Assembly (NCBI GenBank): GCA_964526195.1
Contig: CAZGIH010000020.1
Coordinates: 12,803-76,802 of the forward strand
Reading direction: 5' to 3'
DNA: 64,000 bases
DNA from: an uncultured Chromatiales bacterium
GTDB lineage: Bacteria > Pseudomonadota > Gammaproteobacteria > Poriferisulfidales > Poriferisulfidaceae
Shown here: piece by piece, positions 11,241 to 21,337 of the stretch
How positions within the stretch are numbered: the stretch's first letter is position 1
Layout of the letters: every line of letters starts with the position of its first letter
Made by a program: the position numbers and the translations under genes
Notes under the pieces: model-generated
Told to the model about the DNA's origin: nothing
What the model saw: the letters and a program-made list of their open reading frames with translations, nothing else
Database searches by the model: none

Positions 11241-14051
11241 ATGTCTCAAAAAACTGCCACCCCGGCTTTCTACACCCCTTGGCATGGGCGTTTTCCCCTT
11301 GTTGCGTTGGCGCTGATCCTGGCCGCTTCCGGGGTCTTGGCCGAAGATGTTCCGGAACCGTCCGAGGAACTTGAGCAGGTGACGGTGACCGGCTCCCGCA
11401 TCAAGCGGACACAGCAACAGGACGTTGCTACGCCGCTGACCAGCTACGATTTCGAAGAACTTCGGAATTTGGGTGTCGATGATCCCCGGGATCTGATGCA
11501 GTTGTTGCCCAGCAATGTCGGTGCCCAGAACAACGCCGATTCCCTGTCGCAGAACTATACGGTTGGTACCTCCAACATCAACCTTCGCGGGTTGGGTGTT
11601 TCCTCGACCTTGGTGCTGCTCAATGGCCGTCGTCAGGTGACCTCGGCCATCCCTACCATTGATGGGTCCAGTTTCGTGGACTTGTCGGCACTGGTGCCCA
11701 CGCTCGCGTTGGAACAAGTCGAAATCCTGAAAGATGGCGCGGCCGCGGTCTACGGTTCGGATGCCATTGCCGGAGTCGCCAATTTCGTCACCCGCTCCGA
11801 CTATGAAGGCTTCGAGGTATCCGTCGGACACCGTGAACGTACCAATAATGGATCCCAGTCGGACGATCGCGTGGAAGTCGTATACGGCCGTAACTTTCTG
11901 GAATCCGGCAACCTGCTACTTGCGCTGAGTTATCTGGATCGGACCCAGTTGGTGATGGGCGAGGTCGACTGGAGGGCTCCGGCATGGAGCTCCGCGGCCA
12001 ACCCCGGCAATTTCATCGTGCTGGCCGACACGGTGCTGGCAGATGGCACTGAACTAGCCACCGGCACGACAACGGCCGCACCTCACTGCACTCAGCACGT
12101 TCCGCCTGCCAGCTACATCCCGCCACAGGCACTTGCAGCCAACCCCAGTACGCACAGCGTCTGCCGATTCGACTTCGCTCCGCAAATTACGGTCGGTCCG
12201 GAAGAAGAACGCATCCAGGCCTTCGCCCAGCTCGGCTTCGACCTTGGCGAGCAGACTCGCTTGACGGCAGAATTAGGCTACACGCACAACAATATCCGTC
12301 GCACCATCTCTCCCAGCCTTCCCGCTATTAGCCCTAGGTTGCCTACTATTCCGGCCGCGCATCCAGGCAACCCGTTTCGGGACAGCAACGACGATCCGGT
12401 GGCATTGCGCTACATCGGCCGCATCTATGGCGTCGATGAACCGTCCGAAACCAACGACTTCAACAGCGAGACGAAGCGAATCGCGCTGATCGCCGAGGGC
12501 GACGTAACCGACCACTTGTCATGGGAAATGTCGTTCCTTCATGCCCGTAGCGACATCGACTGGCGAATTCCCGATACCCTGCATCGCCACCTGCAGAATG
12601 CCATGGGTGCCAACGAGGACGATACCGGGTTGCTTGGTGTCGGTCCGGATTGCCCGGGCCATCGCGACGACCTCCAGGATGGCGATGTCTGCCTGTTCTA
12701 CAACCCGTTCAGCGTCGCCAACAAGGTGTTGGCCATGACTTGGGATGGCGGCACGTTTGGCGGCACACGCTCTGGCACGACTGCCGAACAGGCCTTCATG
12801 CGCAACTACCTGCTTGCGGATGCGATGGCCGCGACCGAATCCGAGCTGGATGTCCTTGAGGCGGTCTTGACCGGTGATGTCCTGTCCTTGTCGGATGGCA
12901 GCCTGATCGGCTATGCCTTCGGCGTCCAATACCGCGACGAATCCATTCGTGGCGACTTCAACCAGTTATTCAACGATTTCGAATTCTCATTTGCCGGCGG
13001 CAACCCGGACTATTCCGGCTCGCGGGATGCCATTGCCGTCTTCGGCGAAGTGTTGTTGCCCCTGAGTCCGGACTTAGAAGCGACGATTGGCGTGCGCCAC
13101 GAGGATTATGGTGGCAGCATCGGCAGCACCACCGACCCGAAACTGTCCCTGCTCTGGACGCCAGCGGATATCCTCTCGCTACGTGCCTCGGCAAGCACTT
13201 CATTCCGCGCCCCCTCATTGCATCAGACGCAGGGCGTGCAGGCGACCTACTCCGACGTCCAGGAAAACGAGCGCCAATTCTTCGTGCCCAACCTGACTTA
13301 CGGCAACAGAAACCTGAAGCCAGAGACCGCTACCTCGTTGAATTTGGGCGGTTCCGTGGCCATGGAGAATTGGGAACTGAATCTGGATTACTGGAGCTTC
13401 CGTTTCGAGGATGCCCTCGCTCGCGAGAACCCGCAGGAAGTCGTCGATACCGATGCGGAGCGCGTTGCTGCCGGCGAAGAAAGCCGCGTTGTTCGCGCCG
13501 CCGGTGGCACCATCGCCCGCGTCAACACCCGCTACATCAACACCGACGAGATCCGAACCTCCGGCCTCGATTTCTCGATTCGGGGACAATTTCAAACGCC
13601 CTCTGGCCGTTTCCTCACCGGCCTGCATGCGACGCACATCCTCGAATACGACATTACCCGTCCGGGCGGGCAAAAGATCGACGGTGCCGGCTACCTGAAC
13701 TTCGCCAACATCGGCAGCCCCACGCCGGCATGGCGCGGCACCCTGAATCTGACCTGGCAGCGCAGCAATCATCAGGCGGTCCTGACGCTCAACTACACGG
13801 ACGACTACCGGTACCGCCGCACGGCCACAGTAATCGACCGAATCGACTCCTTTACGACTGTTGACCTGCAGTACCGTCTGGAACTCGCCGGGCTTATCGG
13901 CCCGGACGCCGACACCTCCCTGACGGCTGGAGTCCTCAATGTTACGGATGAAGATCCACCCTCCGTGAACATCAGCGGTGGCTACGACCCGCGTACTGCC
14001 GACCCGCGTGGGCGCCGGGCGTACGTGTTGCTCAGTTCCCGCTTCGAATAA
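11241..14051 (+). CDS. TonB-dependent outer-membrane receptor
   Basis: 936 aa; signal peptide; plug-domain motifs (QVTVTGSR, INLRGLG); C-terminal beta-barrel ending in an aromatic-rich terminus. Substrate unknown. Confidence 0.85.
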   Translation: MSQKTATPAFYTPWHGRFPLVALALILAASGVLAEDVPEPSEELEQVTVTGSRIKRTQQQDVATPLTSYDFEELRNLGVDDPRDLMQLLPSNVGAQNNADSLSQNYTVGTSNINLRGLGVSSTLVLLNGRRQVTSAIPTIDGSSFVDLSALVPTLALEQVEILKDGAAAVYGSDAIAGVANFVTRSDYEGFEVSVGHRERTNNGSQSDDRVEVVYGRNFLESGNLLLALSYLDRTQLVMGEVDWRAPAWSSAANPGNFIVLADTVLADGTELATGTTTAAPHCTQHVPPASYIPPQALAANPSTHSVCRFDFAPQITVGPEEERIQAFAQLGFDLGEQTRLTAELGYTHNNIRRTISPSLPAISPRLPTIPAAHPGNPFRDSNDDPVALRYIGRIYGVDEPSETNDFNSETKRIALIAEGDVTDHLSWEMSFLHARSDIDWRIPDTLHRHLQNAMGANEDDTGLLGVGPDCPGHRDDLQDGDVCLFYNPFSVANKVLAMTWDGGTFGGTRSGTTAEQAFMRNYLLADAMAATESELDVLEAVLTGDVLSLSDGSLIGYAFGVQYRDESIRGDFNQLFNDFEFSFAGGNPDYSGSRDAIAVFGEVLLPLSPDLEATIGVRHEDYGGSIGSTTDPKLSLLWTPADILSLRASASTSFRAPSLHQTQGVQATYSDVQENERQFFVPNLTYGNRNLKPETATSLNLGGSVAMENWELNLDYWSFRFEDALARENPQEVVDTDAERVAAGEESRVVRAAGGTIARVNTRYINTDEIRTSGLDFSIRGQFQTPSGRFLTGLHATHILEYDITRPGGQKIDGAGYLNFANIGSPTPAWRGTLNLTWQRSNHQAVLTLNYTDDYRYRRTATVIDRIDSFTTVDLQYRLELAGLIGPDADTSLTAGVLNVTDEDPPSVNISGGYDPRTADPRGRRAYVLLSSRFE

Positions 14052-14101
14052 GGCTGAAATCTGCCGAGGGTCTGTCTAGAACGGCTTTCATCCTCAATAT
14101 C

Positions 14102-14137
14102 GTTTGATATGAAGTAGACTGTCTCCCGCTATCAAAC
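14102..14137. promoter_or_regulatory. Nested inverted repeats (possible operator) upstream of a small ribbon-helix-helix-like gene
   Basis: GTTTGATA (14102-14109) and TATCAAAC (14130-14137) form an 8-bp perfect inverted repeat 20 bp apart. It encloses the palindrome AGACtGTCT. Confidence 0.3.
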
Positions 14138-14157
14138 ATTGCACGCACAGGGATTGA

Positions 14158-14361
14158 ATGATGACAACTAAACGACTGAGTTCGCGAATTGATGCAGATC
14201 TCAAGAAGAGCCATAAGCACGTGGCGATTCGCGAGGCTGTAGCAGAGGCGGAGAGGGGGGTCTTCATCTCGCAGGAAAAAATGGATGCTTGGGTCTCTTC
14301 TTGGGGCATGGACTCGGAACTCCCACCTCCCGAACCGGATATATTTCCCAGCCCCAAGTAA
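14158..14361 (+). CDS. Small ribbon-helix-helix-like protein (antitoxin- or regulator-like), orphan
   Basis: 67 aa. TKRLSSRIDADLKK resembles a ribbon-helix-helix beta-strand. The C-terminal ...RGVFISQEKMDAWVSSWG resembles RHH antitoxin tails. It lies in a lower-GC intergenic stretch with no toxin-like partner. Confidence 0.4.
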   Translation: MMTTKRLSSRIDADLKKSHKHVAIREAVAEAERGVFISQEKMDAWVSSWGMDSELPPPEPDIFPSPK

Positions 14362-14454
14362 TAGGAATACGCCGAATTTTTGCGTTCAATACCGGGCAAA
14401 TACGCTTGAACCGTGTATAATTGAGCGCAGGACGCAACCTGGGTTCCCATAGAA

Positions 14455-14477
14455 GCCCCCGAAAGGGGGTTTCTGTT
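14455..14477 (+). promoter_or_regulatory. GC hairpin plus U-tract in the rimP-nusA-infB leader (attenuator or terminator-like)
   Basis: GCCCCC-GAAA-GGGGGT followed by TTCTGTT, 14 nt before the rimP RBS AGGAGGA. A perfect TATAAT (14416-14421) lies upstream. Confidence 0.45.
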
Positions 14478-14490
14478 AGGTTCAGGAGGA

Positions 14491-14961
14491 ATGTTGATGA
14501 AGGCCGATGGCACGACTCAAACATTAAAGTCCCTGATCGCACCCCAAATCGAGAGAATGGGCTACGAGCTGTGGGGGCTTGTATGCCAGTTGGGCGTGCG
14601 CCAAGGTCGAGTGTGCGTGTACATCGACCACCCGGACGGCATCAGCCACGCCGACTGCGCGGCCGTCAGCGACCAGGTGAGCGGGCTGCTGGACGTGGCG
14701 GACCCGATCCGGACCGCCTACCGGCTGGAAGTATCCTCGCCGGGGCTGGACCGGCTGCTGCTGTGCCCGGAGCATTTCCAGCGCTACCGGGATTCGCAGG
14801 TGTCCATACGCCTGCGCTGGCCGCTGGAAGGACGCCGTCGCCTGTTCGGAACGATCGAGGCGGCGAACGGCAATGCCGTGGAAATCCGGGAAGACGAACA
14901 GACGTTCGTGGTTCCCTACAACGTAATCGCCCAGGCGCGATTGCATTATGAGGAGGAATGA
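14491..14961 (+). CDS. rimP: Ribosome maturation factor RimP
   Basis: 156 aa; conserved position before nusA; RBS AGGAGGA. Confidence 0.92.
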   Translation: MLMKADGTTQTLKSLIAPQIERMGYELWGLVCQLGVRQGRVCVYIDHPDGISHADCAAVSDQVSGLLDVADPIRTAYRLEVSSPGLDRLLLCPEHFQRYRDSQVSIRLRWPLEGRRRLFGTIEAANGNAVEIREDEQTFVVPYNVIAQARLHYEEE

Positions 14962-14967
14962 CTGGCG

Positions 14968-16455
14968 ATGAGTGATGCCGGTATAGACATTCTGGCCGTG
15001 GTCGAGACCGTCTCTACGGAGAAGGGGATCGGGCGCGAAATTATTTTCGATGCGCTGGAAGTGGCTCTGGCGGCGGCGACCCGCAAGAACCTGGGCGGCG
15101 ATGCCGACGTGCGCATTGCCATCGACCGGGATACGGGCGCCTACGACACGTTCCAGCGTTGGCTGGTGATGGCCGACGACGACCCCGAGTTCCAGTCGCC
15201 CGACGGGCAGATCCTGTTGAGCACTGCGCAGCAGCGGGACCCGAACCTTGAAATCGGCGACTACATCGAGGAGCCGATCGATTCTGTGGACATTGGGCGG
15301 ATTTCCGCGCACACCGCCAAACAGGTCATCGTGCAGAAAGTGCGCGAGGCTGAACGGGCGCAGATCGCGGAAGCTTACGAAGACAAGGTTGGCGACCTGC
15401 TGATCGGCATCGTCAAGCGGGTTGAGCATGCTGGCGCTTACATCGACCTGGGCGGGAACACGGAAGGGTTCATTCCGCGCGAGGACACCATCCAGCGCGA
15501 AATCATCCGTACCGGCGACCGGCTTCGCGCCTACCTGCGCGAAGTGCGCCAGGAAACACGCGGCCCGCAGTTGATCCTGTCCCGGACAGTGCCGGAGTTC
15601 CTGATTCAACTGTTCCACCTGGAAGTCCCGGAGATCGAGCAGGGGCTGATCGAGATCGTGGGTGCTGCGCGGGACCCTGGAATCCGCGCCAAAATCGCGG
15701 TGCGCACCAACGACTCCCGGCTGGATCCAGTGGGCGCCTGCGTGGGTATGCGCGGTTCCCGGGTACAGGCAGTCTCCAACGAGTTGTCCGGCGAACGCAT
15801 CGACATCATTACCTGGCACGAGAATTCGGCGCAGTACGTGATCAACGCCATGTCGCTCCCTTCGGTCGACGAGATCGTCCAGGACGAAGAGAACAAGGTC
15901 ATGGATATTGCGGTCGAGGAGGACCGCCTGTCGCAGGCGATCGGCCGGAATGGGCAGAACGTCCGCCTGGCGAGCCAGTTGACCGGCTGGACGCTGAACG
16001 TCATGACGGCGCAGGAGCTGCGCGAAAAGAGTGATCAGGAGCAGCGGGTGCTCGAAGAAAAATTCCAGGAAGAGCTGGATGTCGACGAGCATATTGCAGG
16101 AATCCTGGTGGAAAACGGCTTCCGCGAAGTCCAGGAACTTGCGTACGTGCCGGATCAAGACCTGCTGCTGATCGACGAATTCAACGAGCAGGTAGTGGCC
16201 GAACTGAAGGAACGGGCACAGGACAGCTTGGCACAGAGAGCGGAGATGGCAGAGGATGAGGATATCCTCAATGTGGAGGGAATGGATCCCGACTTGGCCA
16301 TGCAGTTGGCCTTGCACGGCATTACCACGCGGCGGCAACTGGCGGAACTGGCCCTGGACGAGTTACCCGAGATCGAGTCACTGGACGAAGAGCGGGCAGG
16401 TACCCTGATCATGAAGGCGCGCGAAAACCTGGTAATGCAGTTGCCGGAGGCCTGA
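14968..16455 (+). CDS. nusA: Transcription termination/antitermination factor NusA
   Basis: 495 aa; N-terminal domain, S1 and KH domains, acidic C-terminal repeats; rimP-nusA-infB synteny. Confidence 0.97.
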   Translation: MSDAGIDILAVVETVSTEKGIGREIIFDALEVALAAATRKNLGGDADVRIAIDRDTGAYDTFQRWLVMADDDPEFQSPDGQILLSTAQQRDPNLEIGDYIEEPIDSVDIGRISAHTAKQVIVQKVREAERAQIAEAYEDKVGDLLIGIVKRVEHAGAYIDLGGNTEGFIPREDTIQREIIRTGDRLRAYLREVRQETRGPQLILSRTVPEFLIQLFHLEVPEIEQGLIEIVGAARDPGIRAKIAVRTNDSRLDPVGACVGMRGSRVQAVSNELSGERIDIITWHENSAQYVINAMSLPSVDEIVQDEENKVMDIAVEEDRLSQAIGRNGQNVRLASQLTGWTLNVMTAQELREKSDQEQRVLEEKFQEELDVDEHIAGILVENGFREVQELAYVPDQDLLLIDEFNEQVVAELKERAQDSLAQRAEMAEDEDILNVEGMDPDLAMQLALHGITTRRQLAELALDELPEIESLDEERAGTLIMKARENLVMQLPEA

Positions 16456-16470
16456 TCAGGATCAATCAAA

Positions 16471-18876
16471 ATGGCCACGATCGCTGAATACGCTCCTTCC
16501 CTGCGCATGTCGCCTGAGCAGTTGCTCGCGATGTGCCAGCATGCCGGGTTGGCCAAAAAGGACGAGCAGGACACGCTCAGCGACGACGACAAGAAACAAC
16601 TGGTGCGTTACATGCGCAATGGCGGACCCACGGGCGCGACCTTGGTGCAGTCCCGGCCGTCGGCGGGCCAAGTGGAGATTCCGCGAACCGGCGGGCCTGG
16701 GCGCAATCGGGTCAAGGTCAAGGTCAAGGGCAAATATCGCCTGGTGCGGCCCAAGATCGAGGCTCCCGAGAAGGTGCCGGAGCCGGAACCGGCTCCCGAG
16801 TCTCCGCCGGACGCTCCGGCCGAGGTTCCAGCCGAGGCCCAACAGGAGGAACCGCAAGCACAGAAGGCGAAACCTGCAGCCAAGGCTGGAGAAGAAAAGC
16901 GCAAGCCCGCAGCCAGTGCCGCACCCCGTGGCGGACGAAAGGCGAAGCCGCGCGCCAAGCCTCGGGAAGACCGGGAACCCCGCGGCAAACCCGCTCAGAG
17001 CCGGGAACGACATCGCGGCCAGTTACATATTGACGACCAGCGCCGGACGCGCAAGCCGCGCACGAAGAAACAAGCCCGGGTGGTGGTCGACAACAAGCAT
17101 CAATTCACGGAACCGATGGCACAGATCGTCCGGGAAGTTGCCTTGGCCGGGCCGATGACGGTGGCGGAACTGGCGATGGCGATGGCGGTCAAGGCCTCGG
17201 CGGTAATCAAGACGCTGATGGATCTGGGTGAGACGGCAACCATCAACGATTCGCTGGACCCCGATACCGCGGAGCTGGTGGTCGAGAACATGGGCCACAA
17301 AGTACAGCGGATGCATGTCGAGGACGTGGAAGCCGACCTGCTGGTGGACTGCGCGCCAACCGGCGACCCCGTGCAACGACCGCCTGTGGTGACGGTCATG
17401 GGCCATGTCGACCACGGCAAGACCTCGTTGCTGGACTACCTGAGAAAAACCCGGGTGGCCGCTGGCGAAGCGGGCGGGATTACCCAGCATATCGGAGCCT
17501 ACCAGTTGGAGACCCCGAACGGCAAGATCACATTCCTGGACACGCCGGGGCATGCCGCGTTTACCGCCATGCGCGGGCGGGGCGCGCGGTGCACGGACCT
17601 CATCGTGCTGGTGGTGGCTGCCGACGATGGTGTGAAGCCACAAACCGAAGAGGCGATCCAGCATGCCCGCGACGCGGAAGTCCCGATCATCGTGGCGATC
17701 AACAAAATCGATCGCGACAATGCGGATCCCGAAAAGGTGCGGACCGGGCTTTCGGCGCTCGGTGTGCAGCCTGAAGACTGGGGGGGCGACACCATGTTCG
17801 TCCAGGTTTCAGCCAAAACCGGAGAGGGGATGGATTCGCTGCTGGAGGCGATTACCCTGCAGGCGGAAGTACTGGACCTGAAGGCGCCGGCCGAGGGAAT
17901 GGCCCGCGGCGTGGTCATCGAATCCAGCCTGGATCGTGGCCGGGGCGCGACCGTGACGGTCCTGGTCCAGGAAGGCTGCCTGAACCAGCGTGATTTGTTG
18001 CTGTGCGGCCAGGAATACGGACGAGTCAAGGGAATGTTCGACGACAGCGGGCAGAAGATTGAACAGGCGGGACCGGCGTTCCCGGTCCTAGTGCTGGGCC
18101 TGTCGGGCGTACCTCAAGCGGGCGACCCGATGCATGTGGTGGCCGACGAACAGAAGGCGCGCGAAATCACGGATCACCGCAAGGAATCTGTACGACACCT
18201 GCAGACGGACGAGCCCCGCGAGGCCAGTCTGGCTTGGGCGGCGCAGATGGACGAAGAGCAGAAGACGGCCCTCAACCTGATCATCAAGACGGATGTGCGG
18301 GGCAGTGGTGAAGCCTTGCGCGAGTCGCTGGAGAAACTTTCCACCGATGAGGCACAGATCAAGATCGTGCTCTCGGGGATCGGCGGCATTAACGAATCGG
18401 ACGCCCTGTTGGCGGATGCTTCCGGATCCATCCTGCTGGGCTTCAATGTCCGCGCCGACAGTGCGGCGCGACGCACCATCGCGGATCGAAACCTTGATTT
18501 GCGTTACTACAACGTAATCTACGAACTGATCGATGACGTCAAGTTGTTGCTCGAGAAGCAGTTGGCACCGGAGGTTCGCGAAGAAATCATGGGCTTGGCA
18601 GAGGTGTTGGAAGTATTCCGCTCCAGCAAGATGGGGCCGGTGGCCGGGTGCCGGGTCGCCGAAGGCATGGTCCAGCGAGGCTATCCGATCCGGGTGTTGC
18701 GCGAGAACGTGGTCATTTACGAGGGGGAACTCGAGTCCTTGCGTCGCCACAAGGACGACGTCGCGGAAGTGCAGGTCGGGACCGAGTGCGGCATCGCCGT
18801 GGCGAACTACAACGATGTCCAGGTGGGCGACCAGATCGAGGTCTACCGACGCGTGGAGACTGCTCGCACGCTCTAG
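16471..18876 (+). CDS. infB: Translation initiation factor IF-2
   Basis: 801 aa; low-complexity N-terminal region; G-domain motifs ([18 protein letters not shown]). Confidence 0.97.
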   Translation: MATIAEYAPSLRMSPEQLLAMCQHAGLAKKDEQDTLSDDDKKQLVRYMRNGGPTGATLVQSRPSAGQVEIPRTGGPGRNRVKVKVKGKYRLVRPKIEAPEKVPEPEPAPESPPDAPAEVPAEAQQEEPQAQKAKPAAKAGEEKRKPAASAAPRGGRKAKPRAKPREDREPRGKPAQSRERHRGQLHIDDQRRTRKPRTKKQARVVVDNKHQFTEPMAQIVREVALAGPMTVAELAMAMAVKASAVIKTLMDLGETATINDSLDPDTAELVVENMGHKVQRMHVEDVEADLLVDCAPTGDPVQRPPVVTVMGHVDHGKTSLLDYLRKTRVAAGEAGGITQHIGAYQLETPNGKITFLDTPGHAAFTAMRGRGARCTDLIVLVVAADDGVKPQTEEAIQHARDAEVPIIVAINKIDRDNADPEKVRTGLSALGVQPEDWGGDTMFVQVSAKTGEGMDSLLEAITLQAEVLDLKAPAEGMARGVVIESSLDRGRGATVTVLVQEGCLNQRDLLLCGQEYGRVKGMFDDSGQKIEQAGPAFPVLVLGLSGVPQAGDPMHVVADEQKAREITDHRKESVRHLQTDEPREASLAWAAQMDEEQKTALNLIIKTDVRGSGEALRESLEKLSTDEAQIKIVLSGIGGINESDALLADASGSILLGFNVRADSAARRTIADRNLDLRYYNVIYELIDDVKLLLEKQLAPEVREEIMGLAEVLEVFRSSKMGPVAGCRVAEGMVQRGYPIRVLRENVVIYEGELESLRRHKDDVAEVQVGTECGIAVANYNDVQVGDQIEVYRRVETARTL

Positions 18877-18885
18877 GAGAACGCA

Positions 18886-19251
18886 ATGATCCCCGGACAG
18901 CGCCCGGTGGCGGTGGGCGAACAGGTTCGCAGGCTTATCGGCCCGGCCTTGCTGCATGAAGTCAACGACCCGCGCCTTCGGCGGCTGACGGTTTCCGAGG
19001 TCGTCATGAGCCGGGATCTGAAGCATGCCACCGTGTACGTAATCAGCGCGGAAACGCCGGATTCGCGCCGGCGTGCGGAAATCGAAGCTGGATTCGAGCG
19101 CAGCACACCGTTCTTTCGCCGGTTGATTGGCGAGCGTGGTGGTCTGCGCTATGTGCCGAAGCTGCGCTTCATCCTGGACGATACCGAGGACCGGGCAGAG
19201 CGGATCGAAAGTCTTCTGGAGACATCTACCCGCGCCAAGACCACTCCGTGA
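18886..19251 (+). CDS. rbfA: Ribosome-binding factor A
   Basis: 121 aa; conserved position after infB. Confidence 0.92.
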   Translation: MIPGQRPVAVGEQVRRLIGPALLHEVNDPRLRRLTVSEVVMSRDLKHATVYVISAETPDSRRRAEIEAGFERSTPFFRRLIGERGGLRYVPKLRFILDDTEDRAERIESLLETSTRAKTTP

Positions 19252-20141
19252 CTCCACTTGTGCCTTGCGGCTGGTTGCTGCTGGACAAGCCGGTCGGACT
19301 GAGTTCGACCCGTGCCGTATCCCGAGTCAAGCGCCTCTTTCAGGCGAAGCGTGCCGGACATGCGGGCACTCTCGATCCATTGGCGAGCGGACTCCTCGCC
19401 ATCGCCCTGGGCCCGGCCACCCGCTGGTGCGCCTACCTGCTGGATGCCCCGAAATCCTACCGGTTCACAATCCGGCTGGGCCGAGAGACAGACAGCCATG
19501 ATGCGGAAAGCTTGGAGCAAGCGGCTCCGCCTCGTGCCGAAATCCCCTCGCTGGAGCGCGCTGAAATCGACGACCTGCTGTCCCGCTTTACCGGGGAAAT
19601 CCAACAGGTCCCGCCCATGTATTCCGCGCTCCACAGCGAAGGGCGACGCCTGTACGAACTGGCTCGCGAGGGCAAGGTGGTTGATCGGCCTCCCCGCGAA
19701 GTAAGGATCGACCGGCTGGAGCTGCTTGCGGATCGCCGGGAGGAGTGGGAACTTGAGGTTTCCTGCGGCAAGGGCACGTATGTGCGCTCGCTGGGGCACG
19801 ATATCGGCCAGGCGTTGGGTTGCGGAGCATACGTGAGCCAGTTGCGGCGCACGGAGCTCGGGGTTTTTGACGAAGCCCAGGCAGTCAGCCTGGAACAGGT
19901 CGAGGCCGATTCCGAGGAAGCACGCTTGGCGCGATTGCTTCCCCCAGATGCAGTGCTACCCGAGTGGCCGGTTCATTCCTGCACGGCGAGTGAGGAGGCC
20001 GCGTTGCGCAAAGGGCAGCAGATCGTTCACGAGGGATCTGCGGGATTTTGGAAATTACAGGATGCGCAGGGCCAGTTTTTCGGTGTGGCCGAGGTGCTGG
20101 AGACGGGACGGCTCCAACCGCGGCGCCTGATGGATAGATAA
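19248..20141 (+). CDS. truB: tRNA pseudouridine(55) synthase
   Basis: 297 aa; GHAGTLDPLASG catalytic-Asp motif; C-terminal PUA domain; conserved position after rbfA. Confidence 0.95.
   Translation: MTPLVPCGWLLLDKPVGLSSTRAVSRVKRLFQAKRAGHAGTLDPLASGLLAIALGPATRWCAYLLDAPKSYRFTIRLGRETDSHDAESLEQAAPPRAEIPSLERAEIDDLLSRFTGEIQQVPPMYSALHSEGRRLYELAREGKVVDRPPREVRIDRLELLADRREEWELEVSCGKGTYVRSLGHDIGQALGCGAYVSQLRRTELGVFDEAQAVSLEQVEADSEEARLARLLPPDAVLPEWPVHSCTASEEAALRKGQQIVHEGSAGFWKLQDAQGQFFGVAEVLETGRLQPRRLMDR
20124..20133. repeat. Left copy of a 10-bp direct repeat CGCCTGATGG (last codons of truB) flanking the low-GC islet
   Basis: An exact 10-mer also occurs at 21338-21347; the two copies bracket about 1.2 kb of markedly AT-rich DNA. 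Confidence 0.5.
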
Positions 20142-20250
20142 CTTGATAGAGATTGTGGTGCCCTCTAATCCTACAGACATCGAATGGTTGCAGTAACGGA
20201 TAAAATTTTTTTATTTTCAATCATTTATAGAAACGAATCGTCTAAACATC

Positions 20251-20279
20251 AAAACACAGAGAAACTTAGGACTATAATG
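20251..20279 (+). promoter_or_regulatory. Candidate sigma70-like promoter for the islet gene
   Basis: Consensus -10 TATAAT at 20274-20279; weak -35 AAAACA at 17-nt spacing; AT-rich upstream region. Confidence 0.3.
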
Positions 20280-20329
20280 ACGACTCAAATGAAATTACAG
20301 ATTATTTGGATTTTTTAGGAGAAAAAATA

Positions 20330-20767
20330 ATGGGCGTACAGGCGATTGATGTGGCCGCCTACATTCTTAAAGAGCTTGGCACAATGCCCGCCATGAAGCT
20401 CCATAAGCTTGTCTATTATTCTCAAGCATGGTCTCTTGTGTGGGACGACAAGCCCATTTTCCATGACCGGATTGAGGCATGGGCAAATGGCCCAGTCATC
20501 CGGAATTTGTATAACAAACACAAAGGAAGGTTTCGTGTGGGCAGCATTAAGGGCGCCGAACGGACATTGCTGAACTCCGAACAGTGTGAAACCATAGATG
20601 CTGTTCTTGATTACTATGGTGACAAGTCTTCGCAATGGCTCAGTGATTTGACCCACATGGAGGCTCCGTGGCAAGAAGCACGAGCAAAAGCGGGTCTTGC
20701 CAGTGGACAACGCGGAAACGCATGTATCACTCATGCATCTATGGCTGAATACTACTCTGGTTTGTAA
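20330..20767 (+). CDS. Panacea-domain (DUF4065 / GepA-SocA-like) protein, antitoxin-type domain
   Basis: 145 aa from the ATG with AGGAGA 8 nt upstream; KLHKLVYYSQAWSLVWDDKPIFHDRIEAWANGPVIRNLYNKHK matches the DUF4065 core. About 40% GC against about 65% in the flanks. Ends at TAA 20765-20767. Confidence 0.7.
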   Translation: MGVQAIDVAAYILKELGTMPAMKLHKLVYYSQAWSLVWDDKPIFHDRIEAWANGPVIRNLYNKHKGRFRVGSIKGAERTLLNSEQCETIDAVLDYYGDKSSQWLSDLTHMEAPWQEARAKAGLASGQRGNACITHASMAEYYSGL

Positions 20768-20773
20768 AGCAAC

Positions 20774-21217
20774 TTGGGCAGGAAGCCAGCCAGAAAATTA
20801 TCCAAATCATCCGAACTCCCCCGTCCCACTAAAAAAGCAAAGAGTGGCGGGGATTCGGGCAAAGACGGTCATTTGTCCTGGAGGTTCAGTGCGTGTGACA
20901 AGAACGGTCCTTGGCCTTGGTTGGGGCTATCAGATCCCGAAACACATCAACGTGTAATAGAGAAATTATCAGGTTTTGAACAACTGAACCCAGAGCAAAT
21001 TAAAAAAACAGGGAGTCATCCTATAGAGGTTGGTAAACTTGTAAAAGACGCTAGAGACCGCCTTCAGCAACTTCATAAAGATGATGTGGATGAACTTTAT
21101 TCGTTCCGCATTTCTAGCAGAGAAAGAGTTTGGTGCATAAGGAAACAGAATGTTATGGAAGTCTTGTGGTGGGATCCAGAACACCATGTCTATCCAACAC
21201 AGCCTAGTAATACCTAA
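20774..21217 (+). CDS. 147-codon ORF in the same frame as the Panacea gene, separated from it by one TAA and two codons; no ATG or RBS; possible C-terminal portion or readthrough product
   Basis: A long open frame in AT-rich DNA. The only in-frame starts are TTG. The C-terminal stretch DELYSFRISSRERVWCIRKQNVMEVLWWDPEHHVY loosely resembles the final strands of RelE/ParE-fold toxins. Confidence 0.4.
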   Translation: MGRKPARKLSKSSELPRPTKKAKSGGDSGKDGHLSWRFSACDKNGPWPWLGLSDPETHQRVIEKLSGFEQLNPEQIKKTGSHPIEVGKLVKDARDRLQQLHKDDVDELYSFRISSRERVWCIRKQNVMEVLWWDPEHHVYPTQPSNT

Positions 21218-21337
21218 ACTACTTTTCCGACTTCAAAAAACTAGAATCATTCAGATGGCTTGGCTGGAAACCGCCTTTATGGGCATTTGCCGCTCGGCAT
21301 GCTCGGTCGCACTTGGCAAGTTATCCATACAATCCCT

